In this document: one piece after another, positions 38,326 through 52,070 of the stretch | How positions within the stretch are numbered: the first letter of the stretch is position 1 | How the letters are laid out: each line of letters begins with the position of its first letter | Assembly: GCF_001194135.2 (NCBI RefSeq) | Contig: NC_068995.1 | Coordinates: 44,021,473-44,085,472 of the forward strand | Source of the DNA: Octopus bimaculoides | Taxonomy: Eukaryota | Direction: 5' to 3' | DNA: 64,000 nucleotides | Position numbers and translations under genes: made by a program | Notes under the pieces: model-generated | The model's database searches: none | Told to the model about the DNA's origin: nothing | What the model saw: only the letters and a program-made list of their open reading frames with translations

Positions 38326-38502
38326 AAATGCTTAGCAGTGCTTTGTCCGTCTTTACGTTTTAACTTCAAATTCCGCCGAGGTCGACTCGCCTTTCACCTC
38401 TTTGGGGTCTGTAAAAATAAGTACCAGTCGAGAAAGGGGGTGACGTAATCGACTCGCTATCTCCCCCGAAATTGTTGTTCCTGTACCAAAATTTGGAGAC
38501 AA
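38326..38502 (+). mobile_element. SINE-A
   Basis: CAAATTCCGCCGAGGTCGACTCGCCTTTCACCTCTTTGGGGTC..A1 tail. Confidence 0.85.
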
Positions 38503-40284
38503 TATTTTAATTGTTGGTTAACAGAAATGGAATGTTTTTTTATTTATTTGTTATTTTTGTTTTGTCCTCTGTTTCATTTTTCTCGCTGTTTATATGGCCA
38601 AATTTATTTTCATTCACTCCATGTTCGATCATTTATAAAGAAATTATTCATGTAGTTGTTGATGTATTTACTTATCTACCGAAGTGAGTCTTAAAATTTT
38701 CCTCATAAAACAAAACTTTATCCGCACACATTTGCAACCCACAACAGAAGGAGAAATAATTTCAAGAAAAAATTGAATACAAACATAATTATGATGCCGA
38801 AGGAAAAACACGGTATTTGTTAGCAGTTTCTATGTTACTAGCCCTCGTCAGTGAAACATAATCAGCACTGGGCTACTTTGAACATTTATCAGAAAAAGTT
38901 TATGCAAAAAAAATTGTTTACGAATATTTCTGGCCAGCAGTGATTTTTATAATATTTAGCAAAATTTAGTTAAGGGGAAATAATTCATGTAAACCAGTGG
39001 CAACGATTTTGATAAATCAAGAAAAGTTAACTGTTTTAATTATCTTAATTGTAGCTATTGGTTTATTTAAGTTACATTTTCCAGCTCAAATTCGTGAATA
39101 CGAAGAAGTGATTATCGTGAGATAAATCAATAGATAATAATCCTCCATTTCAAATTCCTGACTTTCTGAACATTTTATTTTAATATGGTGAATGTGTGCA
39201 CAAGATTGTTATTGCGACACAATTCAATCTCAAACCACAGTTGTTAAAACACTTTCGGTTCCCCTTACACCAAAACTGCTATTGGAGCAGGTAAGGCTTG
39301 AATGTCACAGTACCTCACGTGTTAGTGATTCTGCCATGCCAGTTCACTGCGTTATATATTTTATATAATGAAGTAAAAGCAATATTTCTTCTCTTGCTTT
39401 GCAAGAAATGCATTCTAAATATTAAAAATTTAAAGAGGTCCTGAAATTGAATAAAGTATTCTCGTTTCTGTTTTTTATCTTTTTGCAATATTAAACTATT
39501 AAAGTAAATTCACACTGCATTGTTGAAGTTTCTATTGAAATATAATGATGCACAAACATCGTTAATATCTCATTAAAATAGTCTTCATTTAATATTTTTT
39601 ATAATAAAAAGTTAACAACCTGCCATTCTCTAAAGTTAAAGCAACGATTAACAATCACTACACCTGGCCATGTTTTTTATACGTTTCTTCATTATTTGGC
39701 TGCTTCTTTTGAATATACATATATCAGATGCTTTGTTTCTGTTTAACAACTTTGAAAAAGGCTTATAATAGTAGAAATTGAAATGACATGACCACCATCT
39801 TTTTAATAACATCTACTTAACAGACAACTGGAGATCCATGTACATAAGCAGTAGTGGCTCACTCGATTTCGAGTTTCCACGTTCTCTCATATCCACTTTC
39901 TCATTGCAGATATATGTCTGTTATAAAGTCGGTAGTGTTTATACGATGGGTCCTGAGTTGATTACCTATCCTTGATTCTTTTACAAATTCTTGCGACACT
40001 TTAATTCAAGAATCACATCAATAGTAGTTCTGTCCCTGTGCATTCGTCCAAACAGGATTTTCTGTCCTGTAGTAGCCAAGCACACCTTTAGACATAAAGG
40101 ACAGCAATGATCCTCTGGTGCGGCCCACGATGTATGCATAAAAGCATCTTATAGTCGTCGCCCGCTATGTGAGTTTCGTGGCTGACAAATCAAGTGTAAT
40201 GAGACCTTTAACTTATCCAGGTCCAAGAGCGCGGTGGCATGTTTTTATACACCATTTTTTTCGGTTGTTCGTCTTCTTAGACCA

Positions 40285-40895
40285 TAATTTTAATAGAACT
40301 ACCTTCTTGGATAACAATTCGGAATGATGTGCCTCCAACCAGTCCTTTCGCGACACCCTTAAAGCAGGAACTTTTCTACACTCCTCGTATCTTTTCATTT
40401 TTGATCTTTTTTTTCCTTAGACTTGGTACATACCACATTATTTCTTTTGTTTTACACCATTCCTCGTGCATAACAAATGCAATTTTGCGTGTATCCTGCC
40501 TTTATATATTTATGGTGTCATGAACTCACACTCTCATAATATATAGTATACTTTTTATTGTTCTTCCAGCTTGTTAGCGATAAGGCCTCCTTAATTCCTG
40601 TCCTCGTGACTTGTTTTTCAGCTGCCATTTTCCTGACCTCTGTGGGCATTTTATTCTCGTCTTAATAATCCTTCTACAACTAAATGCGGTGTTCTTGAAA
40701 AAAATTCTCTTTTCCAAATTTTTTTCAAAGCACTCAACATTTCTTTACTTTCTGACATGTTTTTTTTTATAATCTTCATGCAATGCCCTTCCATTTCAAC
40801 ATAATCTTCCTACACTAAGCAAACTTCTCCCATCATCTCTTTTCGCTTAAAATAACAACCTATGAATAAGATCCCTTTTGTGAAACATGCTAAGT
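40285..40895 (-). pseudogene. R4/Dong-clade fragment 3, heavily decayed
   Basis: MFHKRDLIHRL..KRDDGRSLLSV resembles the HPKSD..GGRGL block; remnants of the zinc-knuckle region and a terminal KDWLE..SELL.KKVVLL. Confidence 0.6.
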
Positions 40896-40896
40896 G

Positions 40897-40985
40897 TATC
40901 ATCACCGTTATCATCATCATCATCATCTTCATCACCATTATTATGATTATTATCATCATTATTATTATTGATTATATTATATATT
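40897..40985. repeat. Mixed (ATC)n/(ATT)n microsatellite
   Basis: Direct reading. Confidence 0.9.
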
Positions 40986-41644
40986 GTGGGTTCTCTCCTA
41001 AATCGGATTTTTTTCCTGTGTCAAATCTTTTGAGTTGTTTCACAAAAATGTTGAACGTTTTGAGATGGGGAGTTCGCCCAATTTTAAGCAAATATAAAGA
41101 CATATTTGAATACTTTGACAGTTCACATAAAATTGCCATCGAGAAAAGAACCACTCAAACGAAAGCTTTGACAGTTGCACATAAAATGTACAAAAACAAA
41201 AATGATAAGATAAAAAATAGAAAATAGACATAAATTAAACCGAAAACATATTGGTGAAGGATATATTGTAGAAAAACGTCGTCAGTGGAAACGTGAAGTT
41301 GGGAAAGGACATATTGTACAAAACCCGTGTTACTGGAGACCACATTAAAGCTTACCATAGCGTTAAAGAAATTACCCAAAAGACGTTGCATGATTTTCGC
41401 CATAGCCAATACCAAAAGGCTTTATGTCACCTTTCAGTGAACTTAGTTTCAATATAATGAATAACATACAAGCAGCGTCGTGCTGTCCTCTGACGTGACC
41501 AGCGACTGGACTCTCACCCAGTTAATTTGTGATTTGTGTTTTTATTATTTAAATTGTATTTTGCTTTAATTATTGTTTTTAATATAATTTTATAATTATT
41601 CTGTAGTCTGCAATCTGTATCAATCTTTAAAGGTGCTCATTATA

Positions 41645-41854
41645 CAGGGTGTCCACAAAGTCTGGGTACATAGAGATTAACACATACTTTAAGAAATTAT
41701 TATTTCTTATATTTAATTGTTTATGTTATGATTTTATTTACAGTCTGGGTACATGGGGATTAACACATACTTTAAGAAATTATTATTTCTTATATTTAAT
41801 TGTTTATGTTATGATTTTATTTACTCCGTGTACCCAGACTTTGTGGACACCCTG
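41645..41854. mobile_element. 210-bp Tc1/mariner-type MITE
   Basis: Perfect 26-bp TIRs CAGGGTGTCCACAAAGTCTGGGTACA at 41645-41670 and 41829-41854; TA on both sides. Confidence 0.95.
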
Positions 41855-42049
41855 TATAACGTCCTTACTTACATAACTTGGGTTTGTCAATCCCCACAGC
41901 TTTCTGTAACTCTTATCTTCTAACGTTGTATGTATGAGACGTTGAGGTTAATAGGGAAATTATTATCATTAATGGTATTTTCCAAAATACAGCGTATTGG
42001 CAGAATCGTCAGAGCGCTGGGAAAAACTGCTTTGGAGTATTATTCGGCC

Positions 42050-42156
42050 CGAGGCTACACTAAAACGCACTTGCCCAAGTTGCCATGCAGTGGGACCGAA
42101 CCTAAAATTACGTAGTTCCAAAGCAAACTTGTTAATCACAATGCCATGCCTCCACA
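42050..42156 (-). mobile_element. SINE-D-like head
   Basis: CACTTGCCCAAGTTGCCATGCAGTGGGACCGAACC..GCCATGCCTCCAC. Confidence 0.75.
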
Positions 42157-42529
42157 CCATTACTAAATAAATATGTCTTTTCTTGTAATCTTTCACTATT
42201 AATTTGTCAATCAGTTATTGATTTTTGCACTGCTGTTTTTACAACTGTTTCGTTCTTTTGCTCGAATTTGTTATGACTCAAAGAGTGAATACATACTTTT
42301 TGTCATCATTCCGGTTTGTAATTTCCACATAAGTGCAATACACTATTTTGGACGAAAATTATCAATTACTTCTCCTTTTTTTTTTTCGGATTCTTTTTAT
42401 CACAGAATTATTTTTCCCATATTTCAAGCACAGAGGTGGCGGTTCATTACAGAAGCTATTATCTAGATTTAAGGCAATTTTTCCGTACACTGATCTCAAT
42501 TTCTTTCACCAGTAACTTTAAATATCGTT

Positions 42530-42895
42530 CGATGTTTTCCAGTTGGAGATTAAACGGTAGTATTTGCTAACCACCGTTTTATCAACTTTTACATCATTTT
42601 CTGTTTCCCTGTTTTACTTCTTTTATTCATTTAACTTTCGCATTGTGTTCTTGCTTCTATCCCCCAAATGCCATTCCAGAACCTCTTACTTCCTTATCCA
42701 TTAGGAACCACTCTTTCATTACTGATATTTCCAATTAACTCCGGTTGTACATTTTTTCCTATTCCATAATGGATATACAGTTGTATCTAGATTTATCCGT
42801 TGTTCATATCATTTAACCTTAGTTATTTTCGCAAACATTCTTTGTTTTAATTCTTCCATAACCAATGCTACACACATTTTTATATTGCTTTTAGA
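42530..42895 (-). pseudogene. R4/Dong-clade fragment 4 (region upstream of RT)
   Basis: MEELKQRMFAK.TKVK.YEQRI..SKRFWNGIWG..ISNWKT, the conserved pre-RT block of R4/Dong ORFs. Confidence 0.75.
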
Positions 42896-42896
42896 T

Positions 42897-42901
<5 letters not shown>

Positions 42902-42959
<58 letters not shown>

Positions 42960-43000
42960 CATTATTACTATTGTTATTATTATTATTAATATTGTTGTTG
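42902..43000. repeat. (TTA)n microsatellite, (TAA)n on the minus strand
   Basis: Direct reading. Confidence 0.96.
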
Positions 43001-43279
43001 TTGTTTAAAACTCAACCCTCGAACAATTTCTTAATCTCTAATCTGTCAGCCATCTATCCTTTCTTTTATTGTCATAGTTTGGTCACAAATCCTTTGTTTT
43101 GAAACTTCGAATAACCCACTTTTCTCCACTTTCGGTATTATCCCAGTATTCTTTCACCGGAATTACATCTCATTTTGCAAAGTAACTTTAAAAAAATCAG
43201 CCAACATTCCGAAATAACTACATTTTACTTAATGCTACATTTCTTGTACGCAGTAATTGCACGACGGTCAGATAATGGC

Positions 43280-43610
43280 TGCGATACCCCTACACCAACC
43301 ACCACAGGAAGGCGGGAAGGAAACCTCTATTTCAAATCCCCCAAATAATACTTTGACATGAACCGCTCAACGATACATCAATGATGATTTTCTTCTATTA
43401 TACAAGTCTTCAATCCCTCCGCCATATCCTTGATCATGCGAACATTCACTGTAGCAGTGATAGAATTATGGTATTAGCTATTCAGCTTGAACGTGACCAA
43501 TAGTATTCATCATCAGCCATATTGACACACTCCCACCACCACATTACAAATCCTTTTTAACCGTTATTAGTTTTCTTTGTCCACGTCTATTTTTGTCGGA
43601 GTGTTCAAAT
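43280..43610 (-). pseudogene. Possible very decayed R4/Dong zinc-knuckle/RLE relic
   Basis: Scattered motifs across frames: KID..EN, EC.NMA..EYY, KIIIDV, PVVVG. Weak support. Confidence 0.35.
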
Positions 43611-44065
43611 AAGTGTCAAATCTCACAAAGTAAGTTTCATTTTTCTTTTATTATCAAAAATAACTGAACATTTTCTAAAATTACAATGTTTTAGTTTTTT
43701 CGTCTGCCACCGGAAAAATCAATTTCCTAAAGTTGCCTTTTTTTATTTTTATTTTACTGTTCTGTGTAACAGATGTATCGATTTATTCCATCTTGTTCTT
43801 TTCGCATCCACGATTACTAGCACTAATGCTACTAAGACGACTACAACTAATGCGATTTGAACTACGACAACTACTATCAGTAGAAATGCAAATAATTCCC
43901 CAATACTGATAAGTCCTGTCATAAGTAAAATGCGATGGAATATGGGGAGAAATCGATTTATAACCCACAAAAATTGATAGTGGCTTTACAGAGTCCGAAC
44001 AGATGGAAAGTAAATTTGACACTGGCATAATTCGAACACAGAGCATGGAAATGACCAAGCACCAC

Positions 44066-44102
<37 letters not shown>

Positions 44103-44109
44103 AGTGGAA

Positions 44110-44164
44110 ATATATATGAAAGAAGGTTTGAAAATGCAATTTAAAACTGCACTTTCAAACCTTC

Positions 44165-44176
<12 letters not shown>
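44110..44176. other. 29-bp inverted repeat with a 9-nt loop
   Basis: ATATATATGAAAGAAGGTTTGAAAATGCA / TGCACTTTCAAACCTTCTTTCATATATAT, 1 mismatch. Confidence 0.9.
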
Positions 44177-44257
<81 letters not shown>

Positions 44258-44397
44258 TAGCAATTTTGAGCTAAGGGAGCTAATCGATTCCATTTATCCC
44301 ATTATTAAACTGATATTTTATTTTTATCAACTCTGGGAAGGTAAAAGGTAACCTTCATGTGCGTAAGATTTGAACACAGAACGTAAAATGACTAAAT

Positions 44398-45465
44398 GGC
44401 GGGACAAGGTACGACTGTCAGGCGCTGGTAGTAGATGACGGATGTGATGTTCGCATTCGTCTCCTTCGCCCGAACTTTCAGGGACAGTTTCGTCTCAGTT
44501 CGTTTCTAGATAGAACTAGTCACCCTGTTCTTCCTAGTTCTTGTACACGTGGAAGTCTGGACCAAATCCCGAACAATTTAATCCACCCACACCATCCAGT
44601 ATCCAACGTCGCTGTTGTACGGTATGGAGTTACCACTCCAGGTGTCGAGCTGCAAACCCACTTCTCCCTGTTAATTCTCCTGGTTAATTTTTACTCCATT
44701 TACCGCCTCGTATTTCATCATAGTACTGCCGATCACTTCGATTTGTCTGGTGTTCGACGTTATTATGATGACGTCATACGCATATGCAAACACAGATCTC
44801 CTACATCTGAATTCTCGCGGGGTGCCCCTCGAAATCTCCAACTTCGTTAGTATTGGTTCTAGCGTCAGTACGTACAGAAGTGAAGAGAAGGGACGCCTTT
44901 AAGGGACCGATCGTCTGATACTAAACAATTCCGATAGATGGTCATTTGCTCTGACCAGCGAGCAAATGTTATTGTACGTTGCAGCGATCCAGCCTGTGAA
45001 GACGGGACCGAAATCAGCCGCCATCGGGACAGCCGCCAAGTATTGAAGAGTGATCCTATCGAAAGCTTTCAACTGATCTAAATTGTTCACAGCTTCAACC
45101 ATGGCAAGTCCTTTACCCACTTTCTATGATGCATCGTGTAGGGTGCAGATTGTCGTAGATAGAGCTGTCTGCTAATGCATACGTCAGTGCATCACTCAAC
45201 AATATATCGGGGACAACAAACACACTTGGCTAACTGCTTCACCAAAATCTCCAACGCTGCATTTAGCAGTGTTATGGGCTTCAAGTTTTTTAAATTATCC
45301 CTCTTGTATGGCCTTCCTCAGTAGCACTACAGCATCTCTTTTCGCAGGACTAGGAATTTTTCGATACTGCTGCTTGTTGCAATAGACGACTGCAAAGAAG
45401 CTCTCGAAGAAGTCTGGCATATGACAACAGAGCCCGTAGTGCAGACCATCCAGTCCTGATCACTT
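44398..45465 (-). pseudogene. Tx1/L1-clade RT fragment
   Basis: GLDGL..LDQLKAFDR..FSIRRSVP..SSLLYVLTLEP..AYAYDV (decayed YADD)..KLSLKVRA; multiple stops. Confidence 0.88.
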
Positions 45466-45509
45466 CATCCTACATATATATATATATATGCATTTGCCTA
45501 TGTGAATAT

Positions 45510-45726
45510 TTTGTGTGTGTGTGCTTATCCCGCCTCCATCGCTTGACAACCGATGTTGGCGTGTGTAAGTCCTCGTAACCTAGCGGTTCTGCGAAAAGAG
45601 ACCGATAGAATAAGTACTAGGCTTACAAAGAATAAGTCCTAGGGTCTATCTGTTCCTCTAAAAGGCGGTGCTCCAGCATGGCAGCAGTGAAATGACTGAA
45701 ACAAGTAAAAGAATAAAAGAAAAAAA
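45510..45726 (+). mobile_element. SINE-D 3' half
   Basis: Clear D tail; truncates the Tx1 relic. Confidence 0.9.
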
Positions 45727-46019
45727 CACACTCAGCGCATTGGAGTTCACAGACATTTTCATTAAAACCGAGACATTCCATTACTATTGGCACCTACTCG
45801 TTATCCTCATCTTGATTATATAACATTCAGATGAAAAAAGATTGATTGCCTGGCTAATATACGTGCAATAAATAATGGCTCTGTTTGTATGACTCAAACA
45901 TTTTCAAATGTATCGAATGTAATTATCATAAGCAACCAATTGATAAAGTCGTTAAAGCGCCGGAAAGAACACCTTGCGGTAGATTGCACTACATGATATT
46001 TTTTTCTTTACTAGACACG

Positions 46020-46100
46020 GGCATTGGACTGTGGCCATGCTAGAGCACCTCCATCTCATCGACCACAGCTTTTATTTCAATCAAGCACTTATTTTATCGA
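46020..46100 (-). mobile_element. Small SINE-D tail fragment
   Basis: GACTGTGGCCATGCTAGAGCACC..ACTTATTTTATCG. Confidence 0.6.
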
Positions 46101-47121
46101 ACTCGGTTATCGTTTTTACATAACGAAATATTATACGACTATAAACATTTTCCCCCAGAACTAGCCCGTAAACTCAACAAAATCTCTCTCCCTCTCTCTC
46201 TTTCTTTCTATGATAAGGATTAAATTATTTTTTTGACCACATATTGATACATTTTGATTCTTTTCTTCTATTTAAACTACCAACGGTACTATTCCATATG
46301 ATTTGGTATAAGCATTACTTCAAATTTAATTGACTCACATCAATTTATTATTTTGATTTCGTAATTATGGAATTAGTTATCCGTGCTCCTAATGAAACAG
46401 CTGTTAAAAGTAATTAAATTATGATCTTTGTGCTATTTATGCTTCCCTGAATTTTATTCCAAATATGGGCTGGTGTTAAGGATTGCTTTAGCCTATTGTG
46501 CGTATATGTGTGTATGTATATAAATATATATATGCAAACTTCACCCACCAGATTTCCCGCAATATAATAACGCGTTAGAGTTTAACAACCTATTAATTTT
46601 CTGTGTCGATACATTGAAGAATCTGAATGAGGTATGGATATAACGAAACAAAAAGCCTTTTGAAATATGTTCAATATATCTCTTAAATATAGAACTATAT
46701 GTTCAATATATATTCATAAATAACAAAATCATACTTAATAACGATCAACTTATCATATATATACATACCGCTTGTACATGCTTATCACTATGTATAATAA
46801 AAATAATAGTTGTAAAATTATGCATAACAGGAAAATTAAAATTGTACATACACGGACACAAATAACGAGGTACATATACATCGATATGTGCGTAAAGCCT
46901 GAAGTTAATCTTTTATGATTTATAATTTTTATGAAATGTTATTTTCAGAGCCTGTGAGCTCGTCGTATATTTGAAAACCTATCAAAGCACTGGGATTAAT
47001 TAAACATCGTTGTCAAGACATGATTTATGATGGCACGGCTTCTCGTGTGTCTTGGTTACAGCTAATCTATTCATACATGGAAAGTGACTTTAAGTGGTGA
47101 TACAAAACAGTTTATATATGT

Positions 47122-47184
<63 letters not shown>

Positions 47185-47219
47185 GAAATATATATATACA
47201 TGTATATACATGTGTATAC

Positions 47220-47250
<31 letters not shown>

Positions 47251-47570
47251 CATACACATACATACATACACACACACATACATACATACATACATAGAAA
47301 GATAGATGCATACATATAGATCGGTAGGTGGGCAGATAGAGAGGAAGAGATCACTTATTAAATAATGTTTAGTGACTACTCAATCATTTACAATTTTGTG
47401 CTACTTTTGATTCAATAACACATACTACAAGCAATTAATTACTTAAAAATACACACACGCGCATACACGCACGTACGCACATACGCACGCACACGCGTAC
47501 ACTCACACACACATGCATGCACACACTAATACATATAGATATGGTGCGTGTGTGTAATTGAGTATAGAAA

Positions 47571-47953
47571 TTGTTGGCACTCCGTCGCTTACGACGTCGA
47601 GGGTTCCAGTTGATCCGATCAACGGAACAGCCTGCTCGTGAAATTAACGTGCAAGTGGCTGAGCACTCCACAGACACGTGTACCCTTAACGTAGTTCTCG
47701 GGGATATTCAGCGTGACACAATGTGGACAAGGCTGACCCTTTGAATTACAGGCACAACAGAAACAAGAAGTAAGAGTGAGAGAAAGTTGTGGTGGAAGAA
47801 TACACCAGAGTTCGCCACCATCCCCTGCCGGAGCCTCGTGGAGCTTTAGTGTTTTCGCTCAATAAACACTCACAACGCTCGGTCTGGGAATCGAAACCGC
47901 GATCCTATGACCGCGAGTCCGCTACCCTAACCACTGGGCCATTGCGCCTCCAC
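47571..47953 (-). mobile_element. Full-length SINE-B
   Basis: Near-identical to 18301-18685; putative 6-bp TSD ATAGAA at 47564-47569 and 47954-47959. Confidence 0.95.
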
Positions 47954-48204
47954 ATAGAAGATAGATAAATAATCTAAACACACAATTATGTTTTCACATA
48001 ACATGCTTTCACACAATTTTACTGTAAAATATTAATGTATGTTTTCACAAGGTGAATTTTACACATAAAAAGAAACCTGAGAATCCCATTTTACCGAAAT
48101 GTTTTCGTATTGAAATATGTTCACATATTAAAAAAAAAGTTTTACGGAATAAATTTTAATGGGCATTGTAACCATAGAGGTTTTGTGGAAAATCATATCT
48201 ATGA

Positions 48205-48214
48205 ACAGACAGAC

Positions 48215-48283
<69 letters not shown>
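48205..48283. repeat. (GACA)n-(GATA)n microsatellite
   Basis: Direct reading. Confidence 0.95.
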
Positions 48284-48285
<2 letters not shown>

Positions 48286-48499
48286 GTTTGTATACAATGT
48301 TGATGGGTGAACAGTTTAAACAATGGGAAAATATGATGACACTTGATGGGTGTATATGTACGAAAATATTCATATGTGCATGTGCGAAATTGTACGTCTA
48401 GATATGGATGTCTGTATAGAGAAAAGGTGTATGCGTGTGCGTGTGTGTGTGTGTGTGGTTGTGTGAGTGTTTGTTAGTGTGTATGTATGTTTAAATTTG

Positions 48500-48532
<33 letters not shown>

Positions 48533-49067
48533 GTATGTATAATTTTATGTGTGTCCACTACGCATGTGTGCTAGATTAAATACTTCGGGAGACAGGAATT
48601 GGGGGAGCCCTGGGCGAAGGGATGAGAATGTACGTATATACGTACCTATGCCGTCTGTGTATCCCTGAATAGAAACATATTTTCTATGTATGCTTGTATA
48701 TGTTTATAGCAAATCTATGTAACCGTATGCTGTGTGGAATACGTACATACTCATACATATACATACAAGCTGTAAGTAGTATCTCAACAGGTAATGGGTT
48801 TCATGCCGATAATTGTAAATTATCTACGACAATTTCTATTAGTGTTAAATACTTTGTTAGAATACTAAATTTCTCTTCTAGCGAGAGTTGGTCTCAAGGA
48901 TGATGTTTCTAACAACGGACGAGTCTATTTCAATACGTTTGTTTCTGTTTGACCTTTAAGACTCCACAAGTATTTAGACAATGGAAACATTTCTTTGTTT
49001 CATGTGTGTCGGGGTATAGTCATTTTTTCTCAGTTATTTTTCTCAGTCATACCTTTCATATATATAT

Positions 49068-49694
49068 NNNNNNNNNNNNNNNNNNNNNNNNNNNNNNNNN
49101 NNNNNNNNNNNNNNNNNNNNNNNNNNNNNNNNNNNNNNNNNNNNNNNNNNNNNNNNNNNNNNNNNNNNNNNNNNNNNNNNNNNNNNNNNNNNNNNNNNNN
49201 NNNNNNNNNNNNNNNNNNNNNNNNNNNNNNNNNNNNNNNNNNNNNNNNNNNNNNNNNNNNNNNNNNNNNNNNNNNNNNNNNNNNNNNNNNNNNNNNNNNN
49301 NNNNNNNNNNNNNNNNNNNNNNNNNNNNNNNNNNNNNNNNNNNNNNNNNNNNNNNNNNNNNNNNNNNNNNNNNNNNNNNNNNNNNNNNNNNNNNNNNNNN
49401 NNNNNNNNNNNNNNNNNNNNNNNNNNNNNNNNNNNNNNNNNNNNNNNNNNNNNNNNNNNNNNNNNNNNNNNNNNNNNNNNNNNNNNNNNNNNNNNNNNNN
49501 NNNNNNNNNNNNNNNNNNNNNNNNNNNNNNNNNNNNNNNNNNNNNNNNNNNNNNNNNNNNNNNNNNNNNNNNNNNNNNNNNNNNNNNNNNNNNNNNNNNN
49601 NNNNNNNNNNNNNNNNNNNNNNNNNNNNNNNNNNNNNNNNNNNNNNNNNNNNNNNNNNNNNNNNNNNNNNNNNNNNNNNNNNNNNNNNNNNNNN
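49068..49694. other. Assembly gap
   Basis: N-run between (TA)n tracts. Confidence 1.
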
Positions 49695-51240
49695 ATATAT
49701 ATATATATATATATACAATTTCCATTTATAAAATGTAGTCCTGTTAGTGTTTCACTTGTAGTTCAGATATCGTTGTGCTTGTGTTTGGAGATTGTTTTCT
49801 GATAGCCCTAAACAAATAGCCATTTTTTTTTCGAAAGAGGGTTTGATTACGAAGTTAACAAGCAGAAGTACAATGACTGAATAGCCTAATAAATTTGATA
49901 GAATGATACATGATAATATTAAAACAATAATGGAGCTGTTGAGGTAACAAACCACGAAACGTGGTTTGAATTCATCCCACGTTACTTTCAGAAAGGCTTC
50001 TCCGTTACAATTATAAATTCAATAACAATTGACATTTGTTGATAAAAGAAAATTTAGTTGGTCAATTAAACTGATTTATATGTGTAGTCTATTATGATGT
50101 ACAACTAACGTCCACCTATGTTTACACACTTCTGATAAATTAATTACGAAGCATTAAGAATTAGAATATTAGTGTTGTAGTTTGTGTGTAAAATATGAGA
50201 TTATTCATAATATAACTTATTTCAGTTGTCAACTTAGATCTCGTTATAATACTAACATTGAAAGTTATGTAAATAAATTGACAGACGAGATGGTGATGCT
50301 ATTAGAAACAACGTTTAAAGAGACAAGTAAACAAATATATCTGCCATAGTAAATATTCTTTTATCACATTAAACATTCCCAGATGGTTTTTCATTTGCTA
50401 TTGACAACAGAAACCTTACACAGGATTTCAACACAAAATCGGCGAGGTTTTTTTAACTAAAACAATCTCTATTCGGTTATTTAACTTATATAATGTCAGA
50501 AAGTTTCTTCAGATGTAACCTGAATTCCTCAACTTATATTGCTGTCACCAAATATAACGAATATTCTGTAAAATATTTTTGAGCGCTTGGATTATTTTAT
50601 TGAATCGTTTCATTCACCGAATGGAGGCATTAGAGGCAGTTTATGGTGTCCCGATGGGAACTGAACACGGAAACTAAAGGAACGGATCTAAAATGAACAT
50701 TAAGAGACACGGCCCAAAATACGGCAAGACCTGGAGTTTGAGGAAACTGATAGGGATCTCCATTAATAAAATCCTAGAGTAAACAAGAACTAATATGCAT
50801 TGATACAAAACGATTAATGTAATTCTTAAAGAAGATCTAAGAACAGTGATAAGTGAGTACTGACGTATGGGGATGGATGCTACTTAAAAATATTTTAGTC
50901 AAACTTTTCACCGATTCTCTTACCTCAAAGTAAAAAGAAACATAGTGTAGTGATATTTCATTTAAAACAAAATCTGGAAGGAATCTTATCACAAGAGATG
51001 CATCTACGTTAGATATCCATTGAATTGAAGAAATCCCACCAGCTTCTGTGCCTTTATCTAGTCCTCTTACCGCAACTAACCACACCATAAATACATACAC
51101 ATAGCAATACGACCTTATGTTATGTGTAAACTTTCTTTGGTTTAAAAAAATCTAAATACATGTTCAATCTATTTACTATTCGTTCTGACAATAACATATG
51201 GCTATCAACAAGGTTCAACTGTCTGAAGTAATAATGTTGT

Positions 51241-52070
51241 TTTAACTAACAGTGGGAGTTAGAGATATGACTGATAGTGAGGATTATTAGCTTTAACTGA
51301 AAGGGTGGATTATACTTTTAACAAATATAGTGGATTATACTTTTAGCTGATAGTGTAGGTTATACTTTTTACCGATAGTGTGGATTTATACGTTTAACTA
51401 ATAGCGTGGATTATACAGCTAACTGATAGTGTTGATTATAGTTTTAATTAATATTGTGGGTTATACGTTTAACTGGTAGTGTATATTATACATTTAACTG
51501 ATAGCGTGGGTTACATTTTTAACTGATAGTGTGGGTTACATTTTTAACTGATAGTGTGGGTTACATTTTTAACTGATAGTGTGGGTTACATTTTTAACTG
51601 ATAGTGTGGATTAGACTGTTAACTGATAGTGTGGGTAATTGTTTTAACTGATAGAGTGGATTATAGTTTTAACTGATAGGGTGGATTATAGAGTTAGCTG
51701 ATAGTGTGAATTATACCTTTAACTGATAGTGTGGATTATACTTTTAACTGATACTGTGGATTATAGTTTTAACTGATACTGTGGATTATAGTTTTAAATG
51801 ATAGTGTGGATTATAGTTTTAAATGATAGTGTGGGTTATAATTTTAACTCATAGTGTAGAATATACTTTCAACTGATAATGCTGACTATGCGTTTAACTG
51901 ATAATGTGTGTTATACTCTTAACTGATAGTGTGGATTATGATTTTAACTGATAGTGTGGATCATACATTTAACTTATAGTGTGGTTATGCTTTTAACTAG
52001 TAGTGTGGATTATAGTTTTAACTGATAGTTTGTTTTCTACTTTTAACTGATAGCATGGATTATGATTTTA
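51241..52070. repeat. 25-bp minisatellite, about 33 copies
   Basis: Consensus AACTGATAGTGTGGATTATAGTTTT; units start at 51496, 51521, 51546 and so on. Confidence 0.95.

Noticed and set aside
39241-39296. 50-nt AG/GTAAGG-bounded putative exon
   Set aside because: Weak acceptor, unrecognised peptide, no support.
43520-43545. GGGSVSIW resembling the Tc1 GGGSVMVW motif
   Set aside because: No DDE motifs or TIRs follow; other frames fit a decayed R4 relic slightly better.
51241-52070. Regular short repeats as a possible CRISPR array
   Set aside because: Units are contiguous with no unique spacers, there are no cas genes, and the context is eukaryotic.
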